Assembly: GCA_963842555.1 (NCBI GenBank)
Contig: CAWJHB010000004.1
Span: 21,146 to 85,145 of the forward strand
From: an uncultured beta proteobacterium
GTDB lineage: Bacteria; Pseudomonadota; Gammaproteobacteria; Burkholderiales; Gallionellaceae
Direction: 5' to 3'
DNA length: 64,000 bases
The position numbers and the translations under genes are program-made. Below are positions 1 through 8,861 of this stretch, piece after piece (within the stretch, counting starts at the first letter, position 1; every line of letters begins with the position of its first letter). The notes beneath the pieces are model-generated. The model made no database searches and had not been told where the DNA came from. It worked only from the letters and a program-made list of their open reading frames with translations.

Positions 1-2
1 AG

Positions 3-710
3 TTGCTGATCGCCGAGGCGGTGAAGCACGCCGCCAGGCGCATCCCCATCATCGCCGGAACCGGCGCGAATTCTACCAGCGAAGCGATCGAGCTGGCCGC
101 TTTCTCAAAAAAGGCTGGCGCGGATGCTTCGCTTTCGGTCGTTCCCTATTACAACAAGCCGACACAGGAAGGCCTGTACCTGCATTTCAAGGCCATCGCC
201 GAGGCGGTGGATATGCCGCATATCCTGTACAACGTGCCGGGGCGCACCGTGGCCGACATGAACAACGACACGGTATTGCGCCTGGCCCAGATTCCCAATA
301 TTGTCGGTATCAAGGATGCGACCGGCAACATCGAACGCGGCAGCGATCTCCTGCAGCGTGCGCCGAAACATTTCGCGATCTACAGCGGCGACGATGCCAG
401 TGCGCTGGCGCTGATTTTGCTCGGCGCGCACGGCTCGATTTCGGTGACGGCGAATGTTGTCCCGAAGCTGATGCACGAGATGTGCGTTGCCGCGCTGGCC
501 GGCGACGTCGCCCGGGCGAGGGAAATCAATTTCCGCCTGCTGGACCTGCACCGGCATTTGTTCATCGAAGCCAACCCGATCCCGGTGAAATGGGCGGTGG
601 CCCGCATGGGCCTGATGAAAAACGCGTTGCGCCTGCCGCTGACCCCCATGTCGCCGGCCGGATATGCCAAGGTCGAGGCTGCGATGCGCCATGCTGGCGT
701 GCTCAATTGA
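3..710 (+). CDS. dapA: 4-hydroxy-tetrahydrodipicolinate synthase, 5' end cut by window edge
   Basis: ORF 3..710. DapA motifs YNVPGRT and [10 protein letters not shown] (Schiff-base Lys). bamC follows, as in many proteobacteria. Confidence 0.9.
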   Translation: MLIAEAVKHAARRIPIIAGTGANSTSEAIELAAFSKKAGADASLSVVPYYNKPTQEGLYLHFKAIAEAVDMPHILYNVPGRTVADMNNDTVLRLAQIPNIVGIKDATGNIERGSDLLQRAPKHFAIYSGDDASALALILLGAHGSISVTANVVPKLMHEMCVAALAGDVARAREINFRLLDLHRHLFIEANPIPVKWAVARMGLMKNALRLPLTPMSPAGYAKVEAAMRHAGVLN

Positions 711-736
711 AGATGCCTCATAGCCGGAGAGAAGCA

Positions 737-1429
737 ATGCAAGTTTTGCGGATAGGGATGTCGGGGGTGGTGCTGGTTTCACTGGTGGGTTGCGGCATGT
801 TCGGGAACGCCAGCAAGCATCTCGATTATGCTGCCCAGGCAAAAAGCATACCGCCGCTGGAAGTGCCGCCGGATCTGAGCCGGCCCGCCACCGATGATCG
901 TTACCAGATTCCCGTCGGCGCAATAGCGGCCGCGAGTGCTCCGGCAAGCCTGGAACAGGTCCCGTCTGTGATCGCGACCGCGGCTTCTGCCGACTCCGGC
1001 CGAAGCGGCAACCCCGCAGCCAGCGCGGTCGCGGCAACATCCGCAACCCCGGTTAATGCTGTCGAGCCGGCCGGACTGGCCAGCCTGCGGGAAATCTCCG
1101 GGGGCAATACCGTCATTGTTATGAATGATCCGTTTGACCGATCCTGGCGCAAAGTGGGTCTGGCCCTGGAAAGCGCCGGTCTGGTCGTTGAAGACAGGGA
1201 CCGCGAAAAGGGCATTTACTACCTGCGCCCGGTCAAGCTCGACAGAAGTTGGCTGGACAAGCTGATGTTCTGGAAAAGCAGCGAGGACAAGACCCGGCAC
1301 TATCGCGTTATTGTCAAGGACGGCGGAAGCACCTGCGAAGTATCGATCACCGACCAGACGGGTGAGAGCAACAAGGTCAGCAAACAGATGCTGGAGGCGA
1401 TCAACAAGAACATCAATCAGCAGCAGTGA
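737..1429 (+). CDS. bamC: Outer membrane assembly lipoprotein BamC/NlpB-like
   Basis: ATG at 737 inside ORF 482..1429. Lipobox LVSLVGC. Ala/Ser-rich linker. Conserved position directly after dapA. Confidence 0.7.
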   Translation: MQVLRIGMSGVVLVSLVGCGMFGNASKHLDYAAQAKSIPPLEVPPDLSRPATDDRYQIPVGAIAAASAPASLEQVPSVIATAASADSGRSGNPAASAVAATSATPVNAVEPAGLASLREISGGNTVIVMNDPFDRSWRKVGLALESAGLVVEDRDREKGIYYLRPVKLDRSWLDKLMFWKSSEDKTRHYRVIVKDGGSTCEVSITDQTGESNKVSKQMLEAINKNINQQQ

Positions 1430-1436
1430 GCCGCTG

Positions 1437-2210
1437 ATGGCCATGCGTTTCGCATCCCTGGGCAGCGGTAGCGAAGGCAACGCCCTGCTGATCGCGGTTG
1501 GTCAGACGCACGTGATGATGGACTGCGGGTTTGGGTTGCAGGACACCGTGATGCGCATGGCCCGCCTCGGCGTGGCTCCCGAACAGTTGAGCGGCATCGT
1601 CGTCACCCATGAGCATGGCGACCATGTCAGCGGCGTCGCGCGGCTGGCCCGCAAATACGATCTGCCGGTCTGGCTCACCCACGGCACGTTGCGCACCCAA
1701 TCGGGCGCATTTGCCGGCATCGCCGGCATCCATGAAATCGATCCGCATCTGGCGTTCGCGATCGGCGATGTCGAGATAGTCCCCTTTCCCGTCCCCCATG
1801 ATGCCGCCGAGCCGGTACAGTTCGTGTTCGGCGATGGTGTGCGCCGGCTCGGCGTGTTGACCGACACCGGTTCCAGTACCGCGCACATCGAGCAGACGCT
1901 GAGCGGCTGCAATGCGTTGGTGCTTGAGTGCAATCACGATTTCGAAATGTTGATGAATGGCGATTATCCGCACAGCCTGAAGCAGCGTGTGGGCGGCCGA
2001 TTCGGGCATCTGAACAACCAGGAGTCGGCCGGCATCCTGTCCAGGCTGGATATCAGCCGTTTGCAACACCTGATCGCCGCGCATCTCAGCCGCAGGAACA
2101 ATACCCCCGAGCTTGCCGTGCGGGCGTTGAGTGTTGCGGCCGGGTGCGAAGAGAATTGGGTGGGCGTGGCGAAGCAGGAAGACGGGTTCGATTGGCGCGA
2201 GATCAGTTGA
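1437..2210 (+). CDS. Metallo-beta-lactamase fold hydrolase
   Basis: ATG at 1437 inside ORF 1311..2210. HxHxDH motif (THEHGDH). Confidence 0.8.
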   Translation: MAMRFASLGSGSEGNALLIAVGQTHVMMDCGFGLQDTVMRMARLGVAPEQLSGIVVTHEHGDHVSGVARLARKYDLPVWLTHGTLRTQSGAFAGIAGIHEIDPHLAFAIGDVEIVPFPVPHDAAEPVQFVFGDGVRRLGVLTDTGSSTAHIEQTLSGCNALVLECNHDFEMLMNGDYPHSLKQRVGGRFGHLNNQESAGILSRLDISRLQHLIAAHLSRRNNTPELAVRALSVAAGCEENWVGVAKQEDGFDWREIS

Positions 2211-2235
2211 AAACCGCGCCAGGGATACAGCGAGA

Positions 2236-2262
2236 GAAATAAAAAGCCGGCTTGCGCCGGCT
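2236..2262. terminator. Bidirectional rho-independent terminator
   Basis: Stem AGCCGGC (2245-2251), loop TTGC, stem GCCGGCT (2256-2262). Flanked by an A-run upstream and T-rich sequence downstream. Lies between convergent genes. Confidence 0.7.
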
Positions 2263-2288
2263 TCTTATTGTTCGGTAATGCGCTTGCT

Positions 2289-2474
2289 TTACTTCTTGTC
2301 TGCGGCAGCAGGTGTTGGTGTAGCAGTAGGAGCAGATGCAGCAGCAGGAGCGGATGCGGCAGCAGGAGCCGCAACAGGAGCAGGAGCAGGAGCAGGTGCT
2401 GTTTCAGCAGCTTTTTGGCCGCAAGCGGTCAATCCAAGAGCCAGCAGAGCGGCAACTAGCGCGATATGTTTCAT
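2289..2474 (-). CDS. Small Ala/Pro-rich lipoprotein
   Basis: MKHIALVAALLALGLTAC lipobox inside ORF 2289..2510. Low-complexity APAPAP/AAASAP tail. Terminator immediately downstream. Confidence 0.55.
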   Translation of the reverse strand: MKHIALVAALLALGLTACGQKAAETAPAPAPAPVAAPAAASAPAAASAPTATPTPAAADKK

Positions 2475-2627
2475 TTTGATTTCCTTCGAGAGTTTGTAGT
2501 TGAGATACACAATAATTTACCCGGATTCAAATGCATCCAAAAGCAAAGCGGAAATGCACCCAAGATCAAAGGCGGCGCATTTTAGCAGGAAACATTAGGA
2601 AAACCAGATGTTCCTGAACTTTTTTTG

Positions 2628-3119
2628 TCAAAGCCCGAGTTTTGTGGCAGATACGGCAGGATGGGAAGATTCCCACATCTCCAGAAAGCGCGATTTAAGC
2701 GCGAGGGCCTTTTCCGGGTCATGCTGGGCGAGGATTCCGCGCGGATCGTCGAAATGGAAGCGGCGCACGTAGTTCGATTCGTCGGCGACGGAAAAGGGAT
2801 CGGCGATATGCCGCAGGTGTTTCGGTGTTTGATAGATGAACATGCTTGTGCCGAATTGGTCCAGCAGCATCAGCATGCGCGGGCACATCGTGGACAGATA
2901 ATGCGTATCATGGGCCAGCACAAACAGCCGGTGGGCGGCGTTGGCGAGAAAAAAATTGCGCAATGTCGCGTAGCGCGCCTCGCTGTTGTATCCCAGACCG
3001 TCGAAATCCTTTTCGAACAGGTAGAGGTTGCGCTGCGCCAGTTTGCACAGGGTGTCGAGCGCGGCCGTGTATTCGGCGATGCCGTTCAACTGGGTGTGCT
3101 GCAGTTCATCGACGCTCAT
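2628..3119 (-). CDS. Hypothetical protein (family not recognised)
   Basis: ORF 2628..3167. The internal ATG (MSVDELQ) avoids overlap with the upstream cupin gene. Same strand and tightly spaced with it. Confidence 0.5.
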   Translation of the reverse strand: MSVDELQHTQLNGIAEYTAALDTLCKLAQRNLYLFEKDFDGLGYNSEARYATLRNFFLANAAHRLFVLAHDTHYLSTMCPRMLMLLDQFGTSMFIYQTPKHLRHIADPFSVADESNYVRRFHFDDPRGILAQHDPEKALALKSRFLEMWESSHPAVSATKLGL

Positions 3120-3133
3120 GGCCTGTCCCTGGT

Positions 3134-4258
3134 TCAGATTGGAGAAATATAACCGTCCAGATACCATTGGTAAAGCAGTTCGACTGCTTCGGACGTGCAG
3201 TCATTTAGGGCATGGGCTTCGCGCCGGTCGGCGAGAGCGCGCAACAACTGATAATCCCGCTCATTCACCTGGTGTTCTTCGCCGTTCATGAATATCCAGC
3301 CGGCATGACAGAGCATCTGGCTCTTCAAGTCGAGCTGCACCCCCGATTTGTGTATCGCCTGCCTGAACTTCGCGCGGCTCAGCGGACGTTCGGGCGCGGC
3401 AAAGAAGATATGCGGCTTGGGTTCGCTCAAATAGCAACCGAGGAAATTCGCGATGTCTTCGCTGTCCCAGCGCACCTGTTTGATGGCCTGCCGCACCTGA
3501 TGCAGCATGGCCGCGCTGATTTCGGACGGATGCTTCTGCAACTTCAGACCGGGATCGGCGTACATTCCCTCCACCGTGATCCGGTCCTGCAGGTACACCA
3601 GGAATTGTTCGGCCAGTTCCTGATAGGCCGGCGTGCGGAAACCGATGGAGTAGGTCATGCAATCGTCTTCCGCGATGCCGTTGTGCGCATAGTGAGGCGG
3701 CAGATACAGCATGTCGCCCGCTTCAAGCACCCATTCCTGTTCAGCCCTGAAATCGCGCAGGATGCGCAACGGCGCGCCGGCGATCAGGCTACGATCCGCC
3801 TGCGCGGAGATCTGCCAGCGGCGGTGTCCGGCACCCTGCAGCAAAAACACGTCGTAGGAATCAAAGTGCGGGCCCACGCCGCCGCCTTTCGGGGCGTAGC
3901 TGACCATCAGGTCGTCCAGCCGCGCGTGGGGTATGAAAGCGAATTGTTTGAGCAACCCGACCGCTTCGGGAAGATAGTGGTTCACACCCTGCACCAGCAC
4001 CGTCCATCCGGTATTGCCGAGGCAGTCCAGCTGTTGCGGTTCGAAAGGCGCTTGCTGCAACCCGAATTTGCCGCGCTTTTGCGTGACCAGCCGCGCTTGC
4101 ACGTCTTCCGTGCAGGCCAGGGCGAGCAATTTTTGCGCATCGATCAAGCCGTTGAATTTCGGGAAAGCCTGGCGTATCAACAGGGGTTTTTTCTGCCAGT
4201 AATCGCGCAGGAATTCGTTCGCGGTCAGCCCGCCGAGCAGGGAAAGTTTGCTTTTCAT
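3134..4258 (-). CDS. Cupin-4/JmjC-type ribosomal oxygenase-like protein
   Basis: ORF 3134..4303, start taken at MKSKLSLLGG. JmjC-like HFDSYD...GHRRWQI...YLPPHYAHNG core. Confidence 0.75.
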   Translation of the reverse strand: MKSKLSLLGGLTANEFLRDYWQKKPLLIRQAFPKFNGLIDAQKLLALACTEDVQARLVTQKRGKFGLQQAPFEPQQLDCLGNTGWTVLVQGVNHYLPEAVGLLKQFAFIPHARLDDLMVSYAPKGGGVGPHFDSYDVFLLQGAGHRRWQISAQADRSLIAGAPLRILRDFRAEQEWVLEAGDMLYLPPHYAHNGIAEDDCMTYSIGFRTPAYQELAEQFLVYLQDRITVEGMYADPGLKLQKHPSEISAAMLHQVRQAIKQVRWDSEDIANFLGCYLSEPKPHIFFAAPERPLSRAKFRQAIHKSGVQLDLKSQMLCHAGWIFMNGEEHQVNERDYQLLRALADRREAHALNDCTSEAVELLYQWYLDGYISPI

Positions 4259-4357
4259 CGCGTGGATTATAGCCCCGCGATGTCCGGTCTGGACATCGCG
4301 CAAATATTTTTATAAGGTATCCGAAATGTGTTTAAAATGGCTGACGGGGGGAGACCA

Positions 4358-4834
4358 ATGTCCATGCAGCTTGTTACAGGAATAGAAGCACCGCACTTCG
4401 AGTTACCGGATGCCGACATGCAGACATTCAGTCTTGCCTCGCAACAAGGGAAGAAGAACGTCGTACTGTATTTCTACCCCAAGGATGACACACCGGGCTG
4501 CACCATGGAAGCCAACGAATTCAGCGCGCTGGAAGAAGAGTTCGGCAAGCTGGACAGCATCGTGATCGGCATCAGCCGCGATGATTGCCTGAGCCATGCA
4601 TCGTTTCGCGACAAGTATGGCCTGTCGGTACTGTTGCTCTCCGATCCCGATGCGCGCATCTGCAAGCGCTATGGCGTGATGTACGAAAAGGAAGTCGACG
4701 GGCAAAAGAAGCTGTCCATCAAACGCTCCACGTTTGTGATAGACCGGAACGGCAAGCTGCGCCATGTCATGTACGGCGTTCAGGCACACGGACATGCGCA
4801 GGAAATTCTCAATCTGATAAAGGATATGAAATGA
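4358..4834 (+). CDS. bcp: Thiol peroxidase, Bcp-type peroxiredoxin
   Basis: YFYPKDDTPGCTMEA peroxidatic Cys motif. Stop overlaps the slyD start (ATGA). Confidence 0.85.
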   Translation: MSMQLVTGIEAPHFELPDADMQTFSLASQQGKKNVVLYFYPKDDTPGCTMEANEFSALEEEFGKLDSIVIGISRDDCLSHASFRDKYGLSVLLLSDPDARICKRYGVMYEKEVDGQKKLSIKRSTFVIDRNGKLRHVMYGVQAHGHAQEILNLIKDMK

Positions 4835-5316
4835 AAATAGCCAAAGACACGGTTGTTTCGCTGAACTACGAATTGTTCGATTCGACCGGTGAACTGCTGG
4901 AAAGAGTCGAAGAGCAGATCAGCTACCTTCACGGCGGCTACGACGGGATTTTCCCGCTGGTCGAGGAGGCATTGCACGGCAAGGGTGTCGGGGAGAAATG
5001 CAGCATAACCATGCAGCCCGATGACGCGTTCGGCGAATACGACCACGCCTTGGTCGAGGTCGAGCCGCGCAGTTCGTTTCCGAAGGATGTCGCGGTCGGC
5101 ATGCAATTCGAAGGGGCGCCGGAAGCATCGGAAGAGGACGATTTTCTGCTCTTTACCGTGGTGGAAGTCACCGACGACGAAGTGACGGTGGACGGCAATC
5201 ACCCGCTGGCTGGAAAGACGCTGACATTCAACTGCACGGTGACGAACGTTCGCAAGGCCACCGAGGAAGAGATGGCGCACGGGCATGTGCACGAAGAGGG
5301 CGGGCACATCCACTAA
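4831..5316 (+). CDS. slyD: FKBP-type peptidyl-prolyl isomerase, SlyD-like
   Basis: ATG at 4831 inside ORF 4585..5316. NHPLAGKTLTF motif. His-rich C-terminal tail HGHVHEEGGHIH. Confidence 0.8.
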   Translation: MKIAKDTVVSLNYELFDSTGELLERVEEQISYLHGGYDGIFPLVEEALHGKGVGEKCSITMQPDDAFGEYDHALVEVEPRSSFPKDVAVGMQFEGAPEASEEDDFLLFTVVEVTDDEVTVDGNHPLAGKTLTFNCTVTNVRKATEEEMAHGHVHEEGGHIH

Positions 5317-5461
5317 AAAAACCTCCCCACAACTGCTGCGCTCTACAGAGCGTTGTTGAGACAGGTTTCGAAATGCTCATGTACTTGATGTACATTCCGC
5401 TTCCTCAACCTGTCTCGCCTAGCTCTGTCTTCGCTCGCGACGCTGTGCGAAGGTTTTTTAA
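5315..5461. repeat. ~147-bp imperfect palindromic (MITE/REP-like) element, possibly a bidirectional terminator
   Basis: A7CCT...AGGT6AA ends. Arms are imperfect reverse complements: GAGACAGGTT at 5358-5367 pairs with AACCTGTCTC at 5407-5416. Confidence 0.55.
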
Positions 5462-5481
5462 CCTGGATATCGAACTCTAAA

Positions 5482-6555
5482 TTACAAATTCAATTTCTCC
5501 GCCAACCACTCAGCTACCTGGTTCGCGCCTTTAGGATTGACCGGCTTCGGTCTGGGTGCGTTCCAGATTTGGTTAAGCGCATCGTTTATTGATCCCTGTT
5601 CCAGTTCCATTCGCGAAACTTCGCGGCAGACTGCATTTTGTTGCAGCCACTCGACCAGGGCCGGGGCTTCCGGCCAGTCGGGGCGATTGATGAACACTAC
5701 CGGGACGCCGCAGCTGGCCGCTTCGACGAAGCTGCCGTAGCCGGGCTTGCAGATCAGCGCGTCGCTGCTGGCGAGCAGGTCGCTGAAATTCATCGGCAAG
5801 GTTTCCAGCACGATCGCATCGGGATGTTCGACTCGCCAGCTTGCCTGGACCAGCCAGCGCACGCCGGGGATGCGCGGCCAGCGCTGGATCGGCAGGCGGC
5901 CGGCGATGCCGCCCAGGCTGACCAGGACCAGTCTTTCGCCGGCGTATAGACCAAGCTGCCGGTTGAGTGCGGCGCGCCGGTTCGTGCCGACCGCGGCGAT
6001 CGGCGCGGTCGGGATGAGATTGGGCAGGCCGGGCATGGCCATGCCCGGCGTGGCGCGCAGGAAAGCATCGGCGTTGGCATAACAAGCCTGTATCTGCGCG
6101 GCGACGGCATCATTGCCGCAGTAGTGACGGTGGATGTCCGCCCAGTTCAGCGAACACAGCGCCGCATTCGGCATGCCCGCCCGTTGCGCGCCCGCCAGCG
6201 CCAGATATCCGACGTTGGAAAATACAAAGTCGGCGCCGAGTTCGCGCAGCAGATCCGCCTCCGCAGCGACACGATTGTCCCAAACCCGGTGAAACGCACG
6301 ATAGGCCGCGCGACTGTCTTCGGCAAGGACATCCAGCGCCGAGGACATCACCATGCCGATATCGCCCTCGCTGTTGATATGGGTGAATGGGGCGTGGATG
6401 CGGGTGCGCAGATGGGAAGGAGCGACGCCGGAGCGCACCGTCAAACGCAGTTCGGGAAGAAGCCGATGGAGCAGATTCAGCACCGGCGCGGTCTGCGCGA
6501 CATGGCCGAAACCGTGGCCGGTTATGCTGACGACGAGGTGCGGGGCGTTGCGCAT
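5482..6555 (-). CDS. Putative GT-B fold glycosyltransferase (GT1/GT28-like)
   Basis: N-terminal ITGHGFGHV motif. C-terminal ICKPGYGSFVEA resembles a nucleotide-sugar binding motif. Family call is tentative. Confidence 0.5.
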   Translation of the reverse strand: MRNAPHLVVSITGHGFGHVAQTAPVLNLLHRLLPELRLTVRSGVAPSHLRTRIHAPFTHINSEGDIGMVMSSALDVLAEDSRAAYRAFHRVWDNRVAAEADLLRELGADFVFSNVGYLALAGAQRAGMPNAALCSLNWADIHRHYCGNDAVAAQIQACYANADAFLRATPGMAMPGLPNLIPTAPIAAVGTNRRAALNRQLGLYAGERLVLVSLGGIAGRLPIQRWPRIPGVRWLVQASWRVEHPDAIVLETLPMNFSDLLASSDALICKPGYGSFVEAASCGVPVVFINRPDWPEAPALVEWLQQNAVCREVSRMELEQGSINDALNQIWNAPRPKPVNPKGANQVAEWLAEKLNL

Positions 6556-6737
6556 TAAACTGGATTGTGGATTTTGCTTGGGATTATTCTACACCGCTGA
6601 TAGGCAGGGTTATTCGCTGTTAAAATTCGGCACAGGCTGGCATCCCCGCAACATTGTCACGCTGGGATGTGTCCGGTTGAAGTCCGAATCAAAGAAGCGG
6701 AGTTCTTGCAGCCAACCACACCGCAACAGGAGAAGCG

Positions 6738-8861
6738 ATGCGCCCAGGTTTGTTCCAACGCACTCCCGTGCTGACCGGCAGCAATGCCGGGGCAGCGCGC
6801 CGGGAAATCCGGGAATACTTTCTCGCCACCTTCAACCGCTACGAGCAACTGTTCGAAATGCTTGCCGGCGAGCAGTCGTATTTCAGGAAACCGATTCCGT
6901 TGCGCCATCCGATGATATTTTACTTTGCACATACCGCGACATTTTTCATCAACAAGCTGGTGCTCGCAGGGCTGGTCAAGGCACGCATCAATCCGGAATT
7001 CGAGGCCATGTTTGCGGTTGGCGTGGACGAAATGAGCTGGGATGATCTCAACGATGCGCATTACGATTGGCCGCATGTCGATGAAGTAAGGGAATATCGC
7101 AAGCAGGTGCGCGAAGTCGTCGATAATGTGATCCGGACGATCCCGCTCGCGCTGCCGATAGACTGGGATCACCCGTGGTGGGCAATCCTGATGTGCATCG
7201 AGCACGAGCGCATCCATCTGGAAACGTCTTCGGTGTTGATACGCCAGCACGCTCTTGAATACGTCAAGCCGCATCCTGCCTGGCAACCCTGCCGAAGGTC
7301 CTGCCAAAACCCCGATGGCGCGCCGCAAAACCAGCTGGTGCGGATACCGGCCGGCGAGGTGCACCTGGGCAAGCAAAGGTCGGCGGACCGTTACGGCTGG
7401 GACAACGAGTTCGGTTCGCGCGACGCCGGCATCGCGGCGTTTCAGGCTAGCCGCTATCTGGTCAGCAACCGGGAGTTTCTCGGCTTCGTGCAGGACGGCG
7501 GCTATGCCAACGATGCGTGCTGGGAACAAGAAGGGCTGGACTGGCGGAACTACGCGCATGCGGCGCATCCGACGTTCTGGGTGAAAAATGGTGATGGCTG
7601 GCTATTGCGCCTGATGACCGAGGAAGTGGCGATGCCGTGGGATTGGCCGGTCGAGGTGAACTATCACGAAGCCAAGGCGTTCTGTAACTGGAAGAAACTT
7701 CGCACCGGAGAGCCGGTTCGGCTGCCCAGCGAGGACGAGTGGTATCGCCTGTATGATTTTGCCGGATGCGGCGAGATTGCGGGTGACCGAATCGCGGCTG
7801 CCAACATCCATCTGGATCATTATGCGTCCCCATGCCCTGTCACGGAGTTTCCCCACGGCGAACTCTGCGATGCGGTCGGCAATGTCTGGCAATGGACGGA
7901 AACGCCGATCTATCCGTACAGGGGCTTTGCCGTGCATCCGCTGTACGACGATTTCACCACGCCGACCTTTGACGGGCGCCACAACCTGATCAAGGGCGGT
8001 TCGTGGATTTCCTGCGGCGATGAGGCCTTGCGCAGCGCGCGCTATGCATTTCGCCGTCATTTCTTCCAGCATGCCGGATTCCGCTACGTGGTTGCCGATG
8101 CGCCCGTGAGTGTGCCCGAGTCGCCTTATGAAACGGACAAGCTGTTGTCCGAATATGCCGAACTTCATTATGGCGATGCATATTTCGGCGTCGCGAATTT
8201 TCCGCAGGCGCTTGCCGCAATCGCGATCCGCGCGATGGGAAGCAAACCGGCGCGCAACGCGCTCGATCTGGGTTGCGCGGCGGGCCGGGCCACGTTCGAA
8301 CTGGCGCGGCACTTCGATCATGTCACCGGCCTCGATTTCTCCGCGCGCTTCATCCGCTCCGGCGTGCAGTTCGCCGAACAGGGCATATTGCGCTACACCC
8401 TGACCGAGGAAGGCGATCTGGTCGGCTACAGGGAGCGCAAGCTGGCTGATCTGGGGCTGGACGAAGTGCGGCACAAGGTGGATTTCTTCCAGGGCGATGC
8501 GTGCAACCTCAAACCGGTATTCAGCGGCTACGACCTGATACTGGCGGCCAATTTGATCGACCGTCTGTACAGCCCAAAAAAATTTCTCGCCGGCGTGCAC
8601 GAGCGCCTCAATCCGGGCGGTGTCCTGCTGATCGCCTCGCCCTATACTTGGCTGGAACAGCACACCCGGCGCGAAGAATGGATAGGGGGATTCAAGAAGA
8701 ACGGCGAGAATTTCACCACGCTGGACGGCCTGAAGGAACTGCTCGAATCGCACTTCCGTTTGCTCGAGCCGCCGCAGGACGTGCCTTTCGTGATCCGCGA
8801 GACCAAACACAAATTCCAGCATACGCTGTCCGAAATCACCCTGTGGGAGCGGATTGCTTGA
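6738..8861 (+). CDS. ovoA: 5-histidylcysteine sulfoxide synthase / 4-mercaptohistidine N1-methyltransferase (ovothiol biosynthesis)
   Basis: 707 aa with three modules: DinB-like N-terminus (RHPMIFYFAHTATF), FGE-sulfatase-like domain (GNVWQWTE) and C-terminal SAM methyltransferase (LDLGCAAGRATFEL). Confidence 0.85.
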   Translation: MRPGLFQRTPVLTGSNAGAARREIREYFLATFNRYEQLFEMLAGEQSYFRKPIPLRHPMIFYFAHTATFFINKLVLAGLVKARINPEFEAMFAVGVDEMSWDDLNDAHYDWPHVDEVREYRKQVREVVDNVIRTIPLALPIDWDHPWWAILMCIEHERIHLETSSVLIRQHALEYVKPHPAWQPCRRSCQNPDGAPQNQLVRIPAGEVHLGKQRSADRYGWDNEFGSRDAGIAAFQASRYLVSNREFLGFVQDGGYANDACWEQEGLDWRNYAHAAHPTFWVKNGDGWLLRLMTEEVAMPWDWPVEVNYHEAKAFCNWKKLRTGEPVRLPSEDEWYRLYDFAGCGEIAGDRIAAANIHLDHYASPCPVTEFPHGELCDAVGNVWQWTETPIYPYRGFAVHPLYDDFTTPTFDGRHNLIKGGSWISCGDEALRSARYAFRRHFFQHAGFRYVVADAPVSVPESPYETDKLLSEYAELHYGDAYFGVANFPQALAAIAIRAMGSKPARNALDLGCAAGRATFELARHFDHVTGLDFSARFIRSGVQFAEQGILRYTLTEEGDLVGYRERKLADLGLDEVRHKVDFFQGDACNLKPVFSGYDLILAANLIDRLYSPKKFLAGVHERLNPGGVLLIASPYTWLEQHTRREEWIGGFKKNGENFTTLDGLKELLESHFRLLEPPQDVPFVIRETKHKFQHTLSEITLWERIA

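Noticed and set aside
2296-2400. Tandem-looking GCAGCAGGAGC repeats
   Set aside because: This is the coding sequence for the Ala/Pro low-complexity tail of the small lipoprotein. There is no spacer-repeat architecture, so it is not a CRISPR array or an independent repeat element.
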